NCBI GenBank assembly: GCA_016748015.1
Contig: JAAOMT010000718.1
Span: 434,001 to 498,000 of the forward strand
Length of the DNA stretch: 64,000 nt
Direction: 5' to 3'
DNA from: Geosiphon pyriformis uo1
Taxonomy: Eukaryota > Fungi > Glomeromycota
A program made the translations under genes and the position numbers. Within the stretch, counting starts at the first letter, position 1. Each line of letters starts with the position of its first letter. The notes under the pieces are model-generated. The model had not been told where the DNA came from. It made no database searches and saw only the letters and a list, made by a program, of their open reading frames with translations. Shown here in pieces: positions 12,340 through 23,859 of this stretch.

Positions 12340-12665
12340 TTACAATTGCCTTTCCCTTTGGTAATTTTGCCCCTCCATTCGAGCTTCACCTTCGGCTTTC
12401 TGATCAGCGCCAGTGACTTTCATTGAATTTGATCCAACCAACCCTCCAACGCTTTCTTTCACAACTCCAATCGCTTTATCAATAGCACCACTAGCTTTTT
12501 CAACAAGGGTCGGTGTACCGGGATCAACTTTAACGTCACCTTTTACTAATTTCTCAAAACCTTGGGAATTAGCATCACTTGTTGTATTGGTGTGTTCTTG
12601 TTGTTCATATAAGGGTTTTTCTATTAGGTGGTAGTAGTAATAGTAGTAATAGTAGTAGTAGTAGT

Positions 12666-12705
<40 letters not shown>

Positions 12706-13122
12706 TAGTAGTAGTAGTATAAATATTAAAAATGATTTAGTCTTTCCCTAAAATGACCAAACTATTCTTTCAATATATAAAATCATATATGTCAAACTCA
12801 CCACCAGTAGGATTAGTACCAACACCTTCTAAAGCAGTTGACCCTTTTTTAGAAATATGTGCAATTGGTACATTTTTATCCACTGGTCGCTCTTAAAGAG
12901 TACAGTATAAGGAATGTTATCCAACTATCCTATTTTAATTATCATAATAATATAGGATCTTCATAACAACTCACCACCAGTAGGATTCGTTCCAACTCCT
13001 TCCAAAGCCGTTGACCCTTGAGGAATAATTCGTGCCGTGTGCTCACCATTGCTCGATGGTTTCACGTTAGATTGTTGTTCTGAGATGGTATTATTAAGAG
13101 ATTTGTTTAATGTTGTCGCCAT
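12340..13122 (-). CDS. Small hydrophilic stress protein with C-terminal CsbD-like domain (172 aa); exons 13122-12975, 12891-12802, 12620-12340
   Basis: Not in the ORF track; reconstructed with gtgagt donors and aag/tag acceptors: MATTLNKS...GSTALEGVGTNPTGE...GSTALEGVGTNPTGE...KASGAIDKAIGVVKESVGGLVGSNSMKVTGADQKAEGEAR...*. The total of 519 nt is in frame. Confidence 0.75.
12631..12718. repeat. (TAG)n microsatellite in intron 2 of the CsbD-like gene
   Basis: Direct reading of the sequence. Confidence 0.95.
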
Positions 13123-13278
13123 ATTTTAGATATTAAAAGTTTTTTTTTTTTTAATGTCTTTAAGAATTTTTAAAGAAAAGAAAGTAAAATAAGTTCAATG
13201 TACCTATATTGTCATCGATACCTCTGTATATATATCTTTTTGTCGCTATTCCAAAATTCTCTCGGCAGAAAATTTAAA

Positions 13279-13467
13279 TTACATCATGACGCTAGAATCT
13301 TTGGATGACATCAAGGTGACGTTTATTTGCAAAATAAATTTTGATCTAATGATTTTTAGAAGATTTATCTAACTTTTCTGGGATTATTATTTTTTATACA
13401 TGCAAGAATGTGGGAATTACGTCATAAGATTCTCGGGGATAAGATGACTTGAAAAAAGTAGCACGTG
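13279..13467 (-). promoter_or_regulatory. Cluster of CRE/ATF-like sites plus an E-box upstream of the CsbD-like gene
   Basis: TTACATCA 13279, TGACGCTA 13287, TGACATCA 13306, TGACGTTT 13317, TTACGTCA 13417, CACGTG 13462, and a TATA-like tatatata at ~13228. Confidence 0.5.
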
Positions 13468-13947
13468 AAACTTCTTATTTCGGAAATAGTAATCGGATTG
13501 TCAAAGAAAAAATTAAATTTATTACTTTTGAGTGTCACGAAAATAAAATATATTTTTTTCAAATGTAAAAATAAAATAAAATCTTTTTTTTGTTTTTTTC
13601 GTGTGTAATTCTACTATTCTGAGTTTAGAAGAAGTGAATAATCGAATTTAATTTTTAACGTTTAGATTAATATCACCGGGATCCCTAGCAACAAAATAAA
13701 AAATTAATCCAATTCTAATTTTGTCTACATTTAAGATGGAGTCATAACTTTGACACTTTTTAACCATCATAAATAATCTAAGCTTTTGAGGTCATTGTAA
13801 TCGATAAATAAAACAGAGATTAGGAAAAAAAAAAAGATATTCAATAAGTGAAACAGGAGTTATCATCAATCATTCCAAATTGGTTACTTTCGTATTTTTT
13901 CTGATCGTATTACCATTCCTGTTAGAATAATAATAATGTTAATGAAT

Positions 13948-13980
13948 GTTGTTATTGTTATTGTTATTGTTATTGTTGTT

Positions 13981-14031
<51 letters not shown>

Positions 14032-14032
14032 G
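13948..14032. repeat. (GTT/ATT)n microsatellite
   Basis: Direct reading of the sequence. Confidence 0.9.
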
Positions 14033-14346
14033 ATGACGTTGAGTTGGAAATGAAAAAAATGTTTTGCATTTAGGTTCCCGAGTAATTTATGCCAAATAGA
14101 TTTAAATTTTCATTTTTTTGAGTTCGGCCTTTTCGTTTCTTACAAACTAATAAAGAAAGAATATATTTATTTGGCTAAAAATGATTAAATAAATTTGTAA
14201 TAAGTTCAAATTAAAAACTTTTTTTTTTCTTTTCTTTTATAGAATAAATTAAAAATAATGTAACTCTTAATAATGTTGAAAGAAATCAATTGTTTTTTAA
14301 ACCATGTTTTTCTACATGTTTATAACACTTTTTTTTAAATGTATCT

Positions 14347-14426
14347 TAGTCTTTTCACTTTTTACAATTTGTAAACATGTTTTAGTCTTTTCACTTTTTA
14401 CAATTTGTAAACATGTTTTAGTCTTT
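14347..14426. repeat. 36-bp tandem repeat (about 2.2 copies)
   Basis: tagtcttttcactttttacaatttgtaaacatgttt at 14347 and 14383, with a partial copy at 14419. Confidence 0.9.
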
Positions 14427-14999
14427 TTATTTGTTAAAATTTTTCAATAATTTTATTTTTACATATTCTAACAGATATTTAAATACAAATATTTGATATT
14501 TGGCCAAATATTAATAACTTTATAAAATATCTAAATAATTATAATAACAATTACACCAAAGAATGTATTAATTAATTATTCAAAAAAAAATTTGAAATTT
14601 TACAATTATTGTTTACAAAAAACCATTCAGTTTAAGTATATCTTATAAAAATAAATTTGTAATTAAAAATAATATAACTTGTAATTATTGTAATATAAGA
14701 CAAATATTTAAAAACTAATATATATAACAAATTGGTTTTTTTAATAATAAACTATATTTTTATTTTACTTAAATAAAACTAAACATATAATAATTATTAT
14801 TGACATATAATTATATAATATTATAATTTAATAAATTATATTTTTGTTAAAAAACTGTGTTTTTATTTAATTAAAAATACAATTTGTTTTAAATATATGC
14901 TTTTTTAAAATACTTTAATATTATTTTTACAATAATTAATTAAAATTTTAAACCAATTTAATAATTTTTATTATTATATTTATAATTATATATAAAAAT

Positions 15000-16400
15000 T
15001 AACAATTAATATTCATTTTTTTTCATATTTTTTATAATTACAACCAGAACAAAAAATAAAAAAATTGTAATATTTTTTAAAGTAATTAGTAATAGTATTT
15101 TTATTAATAAAATACTTATAATTATAAAAGCATTTTTTTTAAATAAAATAATAATTAATCTGTTTTTTACTAATTTAAAAACATTTTTTTTATTTATGTT
15201 AATTATAATATTTAATTTTATTATGACTATAAATGAAAAATATATATATATTTTAAATAATAACAATAAAAATACATTGGTTAATTTTGGTTTAAATTGG
15301 TTTTTGGCTATATTATCTAATATATTGGTTTTTAATTGATTTTTATTGATTTTTAAAACAAAACAAACCACATTTTTACATATATTTTTAATTAATTAAT
15401 TTATTAGATTACAAAATCTTAAATTAAATAAAAATTAAATTCACTTTTTTTTAATAATACTGTTTTTAATAGTATTTTAAAAACAATTACTAATTATTAA
15501 AAAAATTTTATGTAAATATTAAGACTGTTTTCTAGTTTATACATAATTTTATTAATATTAAATCTTTATTTAAATATAATATAAAATTGTTTTATGTAAA
15601 GTTTATTTTTTAAATTATATTAAATATTAATTTTTAAGTTAAGTTTACTGGTTTTGTTTATTTTTTATTTTTAAGATTGCCAAATTTTTGGTAATTTTTA
15701 AGTTTACTTATTTTTTTGTTATTATTATTTTATAAATTATTTTTAAAATATTTTTAATATTTTTGGTAAATTATATTAAAATTTATTAAAAATATATTAT
15801 TTATTTTAAGTTTTTTAATACAATTATAATTGTTTTAATAGTTAATTAGTTTTAATAATTAAAAATAATATTAAATTTTTTTTATTGTTAATTAAAAAAA
15901 GTTATTACTTTTATAATATATTTAAACCAAAATTAATAATTTTTAAATTTAGTAAATTGATCTTTTAAGTTAATAGTTATATCTATTTTATTTTTATTTT
16001 TTAATAGCTGTAATTTGAAATTATTATTTTTAGTTTTCAAAAAAATTTTAATATTTTAAAAAAGTTTTACATTTAATAAAAAGTTTTTAATTATTAATAT
16101 TGTTTTAAATATTAAAATTTAGATTATTTGAATTTAGATTTAAATAAAATAGTTTTATCTCTTTTTTTAAAGTTTTTATTTAAATTTAAAATTTGGTTTT
16201 AAATTTTTAAATTTTATTTTATATTAAGTTTTATATTATTTTTTTTGTTATTATGTTTTTGACTTTTTTGCTATTACTAATATTATAAATTTTTTAATTA
16301 GTTTTAAATTTTTTATTTTGGTTATTAAATTATTTAATGCTCTTTTAGTTTTAAACCAAAAAAATTAAAATAATAAGCATTAAATATTTTGAATTTATTT
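15000..16400 (+). mobile_element. Ghost ORF1-type element remnant
   Basis: 15330-15490 is homologous to the reverse complement of 18030-18190. A decayed knuckle-like string tgt ttt aaa tat taa aat tta gat tat lies at 16101-16127. Boundaries approximate. Confidence 0.5.
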
Positions 16401-17079
16401 ATTTATTTTAATTATAAAATTGGGTTTTTTTAAAATATAATTATTTGTATTAATAAATATAAAATAATAATATTTTTATTATTTATTGTTTAATATAAAT
16501 ATTTTAATAAATTAAATCATGTTTTATAATTATTTTATATAATTTAATTATATATTAATTATAAATTATATTATAAATAAGATATAATTCAGTTATTTAA
16601 TTTAATTAAACTTATTTTAGATTAACAAAAAAACAAATTTGTATATTTATTTTTTTAATACAATAATTTAAATAATTAATGGTTTTAATAAACTTATTTA
16701 ATTATAAACAAATTAATTTTTTATTATTTTAATAAAAAAAATATAAAAGTTTATTATTATTATTATTAAATTACCAAATATGTTTTTATTTAAGAAAAAC
16801 TATTTTATTATTTATATCTTTATTATTTAAAAAACTAATACCAAAATTATTTTATAAAATTAATAAAACTTTTATATATATTATTCAAAATAATATCTAA
16901 ATAATTATTTTATTTTTACAATTAATTAAAATAAGTTAAATATTTAAAATTTTAAAGAAACAATTTTTATTTTAACTTTAATGATAAAAAATAAAAAACC
17001 AAAAAAAAACATTAGAAAAATATTAATTTTAATATATAAACTAATATTTTTAAAGTTATAAAAAACTTGAAAAATAGTT

Positions 17080-18400
17080 TTAAAAACCAGATAAGTCAAA
17101 TTTACAATTAATTAAAACTTTTATACTAATAATAACATTAATATTTAAAAGTTTTTTATCAAATATAATATTTTTGCAAAATATTAATTTTAGGGAATTA
17201 CTAAATCGACCCACCCTTTTTGCTAAATCGACCCACTCGCAACACGTAATATTAATATATATAGAATTTTAATATTTATTTATTAGTAATTCTAATAAAT
17301 ATTAGTTTAATTAAATAAAAAATAACTTTTTCTTATATAAAATTGAATATAGATTATATATTTAATTTTTTATTATGCCTTAAGTAATTTATAGTGTTTT
17401 ATAATTAAAAAACACTTTGTTGTAGACAACCATAATATTTGTTAATATGTTCCTATACATAGTTGAATACGAAACTATAATGTAAAATGATATCACGTGT
17501 TGCGAGTGGGTCAATTTAACAAAAAGGATGGGTCGATTTAAAAATTCCCTTAATTTTAATAATTACTATATTAAAAGTTTTTTTAAACTGAAAATAATAA
17601 TTACAAATTTTTATTGATAATTAAACCAAGAAATTAAAAAATAAACAATAATTTTTTTTAATTAAAATAAAAAAAATTCTAATATTATTCTTATATGTTA
17701 ATACAAACCAACAAATAAAAACAGAATTAAAAAGTTTATAAAACTTAAAATAAACAATAACATATTATTAAAAACCAATAAATTTTAATTTAATATTAAA
17801 AATTTTACAAAAACATAAAACCATTTTTAAATTTATTAAAAAAATATTATGTAAAGTTATAATAGTTAAAATTAAAACAAAAAAATATTATAAAAGATTT
17901 TACAATCTTAAAATTCATAAAAAACCTAATATTATTTTTAATAACCAATTTTAAACTAATAAAATTATATAAAATTAAGATATGATCTTTATTTAAACCA
18001 ATTTTTTTATAATTATATTAAATATTAAAATAATTTTTTTTAGATATTATTAAAAACAATAATGTTTTTAAAAAACAAAAAAAAGCTTTAATTTTTATTT
18101 TATTAATAATTAATTAATATTAATTTAATTAAAATTATATGTAAAAATATAATTCATTTAATTTTTTAAAACTAATAAAAATTAAACAAAATTCAATATA
18201 TTAAATAATTTAATCAATATATTAATTAGAACTAACTTTAATAAACATATTATTGTTCTTATTATTTATAAAAAAAAGAAAGCTGTTGTTTATAATCCAA
18301 ATAAAATTAAATATTATAATTGGTGTTTTTACAACAAAATTAAAAAACCAAAAAACCAAAAAAAACCAATATTTTATTTTTTATTAAAAAAATTAAACTT
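17080..18400 (-). mobile_element. Ghost ORF1-type element remnant (inverted relative to the 15-16.4 kb copy), interrupted by a MITE
   Basis: 18040-18190 resembles 11070-11230 in the same orientation and 15330-15490 in reverse complement. Boundaries approximate. Confidence 0.5.
17193..17549. mobile_element. Non-autonomous Mutator-like (MULE) MITE, 357 bp
   Basis: ~60-bp TIRs (gggaattactaaatcgacccaccctttttgctaaatcgacccactcgcaacacgt... / ...acgtgttgcgagtgggtcaatttaacaaaaaggatgggtcgatttaaaaattccc). Perfect 9-bp TSD ttaatttta at 17184-17192 and 17550-17558. No ORF. Confidence 0.9.
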
Positions 18401-19007
18401 TAAATTAAAAGTAATATTATTAAAAGAATTTGCTTAATTATTAACTTAAAATTAATAAAAAATACAAAAAAAAATATTTTATTATATTTTTTGTTTTGAT
18501 TATAATTATAAAAATATATAAAAAATTTGTTAATATAATATTTTATTATAATAATATTATTTAAAAATAACTTAATAATAGTTATTTATGTTATTTTATA
18601 ATATTGTTATTATTTTGTATTTATTTTATATTATTTTTAATTATTATATATTATTATATATTAATGTTTTATAATTATGTTATTTTTGTTTATAATTTTT
18701 TTTTGATTAATTAATAAAAAATTTAACTATTTTTAATTTGTTTTTGTTAATTTTTATTTAAATAACAACATTAAAAATAGTTTTAAAATATTTAATAAAA
18801 TTTTGCTATTAAGTTAAAATTTATTAATTTATAATAATATAATATTATTTATTTTAAACTTTTAAATAATTGTTTTTTTTTTATTGCAAGTTTAATAAGT
18901 ACAGCCCAACCACTATCTAAGTACATAAAATCAAAGGAGATTTCAAATTAAATGTGGCTCATGCTTTTTCTACATGTGACTAAACACTTGGCCCAATCAA
19001 GGCAGCA

Positions 19008-20544
19008 TTACGCACATGCAGGAACTGTTAAAAGTATACTATTCAAAAAACCAAAGTTTAGCCTAGCAAAGCAAGGAAACAAACCAAAACACATATAAAT
19101 ACTCAGTCTGAAACCAAAGTTGCAGATAACATCAGCATTCCACAATTCTGGCAAACCAACAATTGATGGCATGGCTGATCCGTCATGTGGCAAAAAATTG
19201 TGCTTCTCATAGAAGACTCTTAATTTAGCAGCAGGCATTCAGATATCAGATCTGTGACTCTTAGCGAGATTACAGACCAGTTTAACTATTAAGCTGCTGC
19301 CAAAAGCTGGATCAAGGCACAAAACAGTATCTGACACCCAACTTTTTAGTACAAACCTCTTGGCTAACAACATATAAAGGTCATCAGAAGACTTAGCTTT
19401 ACATAAGGATTGCATTACCTTACCATCCACAACAAATACTCCAGCCATCTTACATCACTTCACATCAATATTCAACAGTATATTCAGTCTGGCAGCATCA
19501 TTATGTTTACACAAAAACAAGTGATCAAAATCCTCAACCACTTCACACCTAATGCACACCATGCTAGGATATTTGTGATCATACAATCTTTTTCACATGG
19601 CAATTGGCAGGTAATGATATAAAGACTTCATAAGGTAGAATCTTAGAAAAGCAGAAGATGAGCTGGTATAATCAGAGTAAATTCTACCATCTGGATGCCA
19701 GACACTGAAGGACTTAGAGGAGTTAATGTTACCAGCAAAATTAGCATCAACAATGTCAGTGCCAAATTTGGACTTCCAACTAACAAAATTAACAACATCA
19801 AACAAATTTCTAATAAAATGATGTGCATTCCCAAAAACAGACCTATTCTTAACACTAAGGAAGTAACATAGCATGCTTAGAGACAACACAGACTTAGACA
19901 AGGTCACCGTATTTGCAAAAAAATCCGCATTCCAATAATGTCTGAATGTCCTTTGACTTTTCTTCACATAACCAACAAATTCTTATCTAAAATAGCTTGA
20001 TGAATACACTCTTTTTCAATTCAGCATTTGCTTTGAAAATCAGGACCAAAACCACCCACTTCGAACTTGTATATATCCAGTAAAGTTTGATTGTTCATAA
20101 ACAAGGTAACTATGCTAAAATCAAAAACACACTCCAATGCTAAAGCAATGGCCTGCAGCTTCACCAGTATAGAGGACAGTAAACCAAGAACTCTCATACC
20201 AATGCTCACATCAGCTTTTGGAAAATAAGCTGCTGTACCACCACAGGCATCTATAGACCCCAAATCTTTGATAGAACCATTTGTGTACACATCAATAGAT
20301 CCATGCTTAAAGGCAAGCAATCACTCAGAAACAAAACCAGTATCACAAACAACATTGCCAGAAGCAGGACAAGATGCCACAACCACATTGTTGTTCAAAC
20401 CACTACACTTAATAAAATTGGAGACGGAAACAAACCAAGTAGGAATAGAACCTTTGGAATCAAGCCTTTTCCATCTGCGAAAAGTGTTCCAAGTGAAACA
20501 CTCACCATGATAATCTAATAGTTGGTTGGCAAAAATGAGGCCAT
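19008..20544 (-). pseudogene. LINE ORF2 C-terminal part: RNase H and C-terminal zinc finger
   Basis: IDVYTNGS (YTDGS-like), KLQAIALALE, a KVKGHS-like segment and CIRCEVVEDFDHLFLC. Homologous to 62299-63708. Confidence 0.85.
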
Positions 20545-21556
20545 TGTTACCAGAGGTTTTTGGTCTTTTTTCTTGAATGTTGTAACTGTCTGTTGGTTGC
20601 AAATTCATGTTTTTTATAAGTAGTTGAACCTCCAATAACTGAATTTATCTTCAAATTATTTCTTATAATTTGAACTGCTGGGCTTATAAATGAAATAGCC
20701 AATTTCTTGCCAGTTACTTTATGTAGTTACATTGTAGTAAATGTCAACTCTTTCCCAGGAATTGCTCATCTGGAAGCTCACTAAAAATGTGTAGTTACTT
20801 TGCTGTGAAAGTCAACTCTTTTACAGGAATCTTATCTGTAGGCTACTTTAATGATTGTAATAAGAAAAGAAAAAATAAATAAAAGAAATGTAAAAGAAAT
20901 AGGATTTTATCAAGAGAAACGTTTTCTATCCAGGCCTGAAGTCACTAACAGTTTACTGAAATTGGTAGCTAATCAATTTCAAAATGTTAATTGGGTTTTG
21001 GGAATTTTCTAAGTGCAATGATTAAAGAATTTGGTTTTTTTGATTTATTTGATATTTATTTATTTTTTTGTGTATAAGAATGGTCCTAAGTGATAAATCT
21101 AAAGTAAGATACATTTTCTTGAAGAAAAAAGCTCTTCTTTTATACAACTTGTTGTAGTACTAGTTTATGAACTTGCATTTTTTTTCTTTGCTCAAATTTT
21201 GGCGAACTAAAGATACATTTTGATGAATTACAAGTTATTTTACTGAACTATTGATTAATTTAGATGAACTATTCATAATTTCGGCAAATTTCTATAAATT
21301 TCAGCAAATTTCATATAAATTTCGGCGAATTTCTGTAAATTTTGGCAAATTTTAGAATGTTACAAAGTTCAAGGTATTGTGTAATTTGATCATTTTACTT
21401 TCTGTTGTACTAATTAAATTATTAATTGAATTGTGATATGTGATAAATTAATTAAATAATAAGTGATAATTTGGATTGATATTAACATGTTAATTACTGA
21501 TAGGAATTATAAAGATAATTTTATGCTAATTAATAGCTAAAATTCCACTGGTAACA
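20545..21556 (-). repeat. 3' LTR of the gypsy element
   Basis: Direct repeat of 29507-30514 with terminal inverted tgttaccag/ctggtaaca. Confidence 0.95.
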
Positions 21557-22157
21557 TAATCTCTTCCTTAAGACTGAGCTCCATCAAAGTCCAAGCACTA
21601 TCTGTAATGTTAAGATAGTGGTCCAAGATGATTGAAGTGATTTGCTCTGAAAATTGTTGAAATTTCAGTTCTGTAAGCTTTCCAATGTATTGTATTTTCA
21701 ATGATTGAAGTATTGGGCTTTGTAGAACATTTTCACAAGTATTAAACAAGTCATAGAGTCTAAGAGCTGCTCTAAGTTTGTAGTAAGTGTTTGTTGATCC
21801 AGCTGCTGTCTTGAATTTATTGTAAATTTGTTTTTGTATGGCTTCTGGGGTGGTATTTGTTGCTTTAAGTTCTAGTTTTCGTTCATAAAGTGTTTTTCCA
21901 ATGCAGAAATATTTAAATATAAGAATATGTTCATTGTTCTGTTCATTAAGTAATAGTAAAAGTTTTTGTTGTATTGTGACATTTGGTGGAATGTCAATAG
22001 GGGCAGATAAAAAGTTTTCTTTTAGTGCCTGCTTCAGAAGTTCTTGTAACCTATTCTCAAAGTGACTTCTTGTTTTTCTTCTATAGAGGTAGTAGTTTTG
22101 AAAATTATTTATTACTAAGGCTGTGGTTTTTTCTAAATGTAATTGATTTGACTTCCA
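21537..22157 (-). CDS. Extra 3' ORF (ORF3) of the gypsy element, unknown function; 206 uninterrupted sense codons running into the 3' LTR
   Basis: Manual translation gives WKSNQLHLEK...YKLRAALRLYDLFNTCENVLQSPILQSLKIQYIGKLTELKF...LPVEF*. The 5' end is disrupted (possible ATG at ~22243 in another frame). Confidence 0.6.
   Translation of the reverse strand, partial: WKSNQLHLEKTTALVINNFQNYYLYRRKTRSHFENRLQELLKQALKENFLSAPIDIPPNVTIQQKLLLLLNEQNNEHILIFKYFCIGKTLYERKLELKATNTTPEAIQKQIYNKFKTAAGSTNTYYKLRAALRLYDLFNTCENVLQSPILQSLKIQYIGKLTELKFQQFSEQITSIILDHYLNITDSAWTLMELSLKEEIMLPVEF
21560..21569 (-). other. Polypurine tract (PPT)
   Basis: AAGGAAGAGA on the minus strand, 3 nt upstream of the 3' LTR. Confidence 0.7.
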
Positions 22158-22559
22158 TTAATTGTTATGGATAAGTCAGGAAGTGTTTTCAAGGCTAACA
22201 TTAATTTTTGGGATATTTGTTGAATATTTCGAGGAATAATCATGATAAAATTGACTAATTAGTGAAAAGGAAGAATAAAAAAAAATATATATATATTTTT
22301 TTTTGGTTTGGAGTTTTATTTGTTTTTGGGTTTTGGGTGTTTTGTAATTATTTATTATTTTTGTCTTTTGTGTATTATTAAAGATTATTGTAAAATTATG
22401 TTGAATTAAGTGTTTAAATTTGGTTGTTGTTCTATTATAATTATTGGTTCTAAATTTCGAGAAATATTTTCAAGATTAATTAAAGGGGAATGTGTACCAA
22501 TTTGTGGAATTAATAGTTTAGAATTGTTTCTGGAATGATAGTGTTTCAATCTATCTCTA

Positions 22560-23791
22560 TGTGCAATTTTTGCTAGTACTTTGTCATCAAGTCTTAACTT
22601 GTATGATCTATTGCCTAGAATTTCATGAATATAAAATGGTCCATTCTATTTGTTTTCAAATTTCCCATTTCATTGTTTTTCAGCCTTAGTTCTGTGTAAG
22701 AGAACTTTATTTCCTATTTTAAATTCGTTGGTTATGGGTGGTAATTTGTTGTCATGTCTTTTTTTTTGTTGAGCTTGAGAATGTTCAATATAAGTTGCTG
22801 CTATTTTTCTTTTTCTTTTCAGTATACTAAGAAGAGTGTAAGCTCTTCTTTGGAGTGTTTCTTGTAAGTTTTCTTCATTAATTGGTTGCACAGGATATGT
22901 TTCTACTGTGAAATTAATTGGTAATGTTGCTGTCTTTCCATAAGTAAGATCAAATGGTGTGTGTTTTGTAGTATTTTGTTTTAGTGTTTTGTATGCTAGT
23001 AACACTGATGGAATAAAGATATCCCATTCCTGTTTAAAGTCTGTTGAGACTTTGGCTAGAGATTCACACAATGTTCTGTTGAAACATTCTACAAGTCTAT
23101 TTGTTTGAGAGTAATAAAGTGATAATAGAGATCTTTTGACATTGAATTGTTCACAAATTTCTTGTATCAAGTTGTTCACAAAATGTGTTCCTTGATCAGA
23201 TAAGAGTTCAATTGGACATCCATGTCTACAGATAATGTCTTTATAGATGAAATTTGCTACTGATTTTGCATCTGTTCTTTGAATGGCTCTAGTTTTAGGC
23301 CATTTGGTAAGATAATCCACTGCAACTGCAATATAATAATTTCCTTGGGTTGTGATAGGTAATGGTCCGACTAAATCAATTCCAACTTTGTCAAAAAGTT
23401 GTCCAACTTTGATTGGATTTAAAGATTCTGTGGAGTGAGTTCCTTTTCTTCTTTGACAACTATCACAAGATTCTACATATTGTTGAATGTCTTTTTGCAT
23501 GTGAGACCAAAAATAATGTTCAAGAGTTCTTTGAATTGTTCCATCTCTTCTCAAGTGTGCTGAAGAAGGATCTGTGTACATGTTGTATAGAATTGTTTCT
23601 TTTTTATTTTTCTGTACTAATCTGAGTGGTTGGTTTGGGTTTTTACAATTTTTGTAATAGATTTTGTTGTGGTGTATAAAATATTGTTTGAATTGGTGTT
23701 GTAATTGATGTTTTTTACTTGAAGACCAATTTTCTGGCATGGTGAGGGTTTCCAAATAGTTTTTGATGTTGTTGTAGTTTTTTGGATCCAT
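22560..23791 (-). pseudogene. Gypsy integrase (HHCC, DDE core, GPY/F)
   Basis: AHLRRD...CDSCQ, GIDLVGPLP, LSDQGTHF, VECFNRTL, and downstream GPFYIHEILGNRSYKL. Confidence 0.92.
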
Positions 23792-23859
23792 TGTTGTTGA
23801 TTTTGTTGTTTGTTCTGCTGTTAAGTTTGTTGGTGTTTTGTTGGTGTTGATATTGGTAT

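Noticed and set aside
13884-14069. Poly-Thr ORF; also poly-L/V/I ORFs at 50910-51211, 57039-57242 and 58612-58821
   Set aside because: Translations of trinucleotide microsatellites.
14123-14133. TCGGCCTTTT resembling the U2 snRNA 5' region
   Set aside because: Only ~10 nt match, with no GTGTAGTA branch-pairing sequence or Sm site downstream.
14347-14426. 36-bp repeat as a possible CRISPR array
   Set aside because: Units are directly adjacent with no spacers, only ~2 copies, eukaryotic context and no cas genes.
20321-20635. 104-aa ORF spanning the LTR/LINE junction (also the 3' end of 30484..31323)
   Set aside because: Chimeric read-through created by the gypsy insertion, not a gene.
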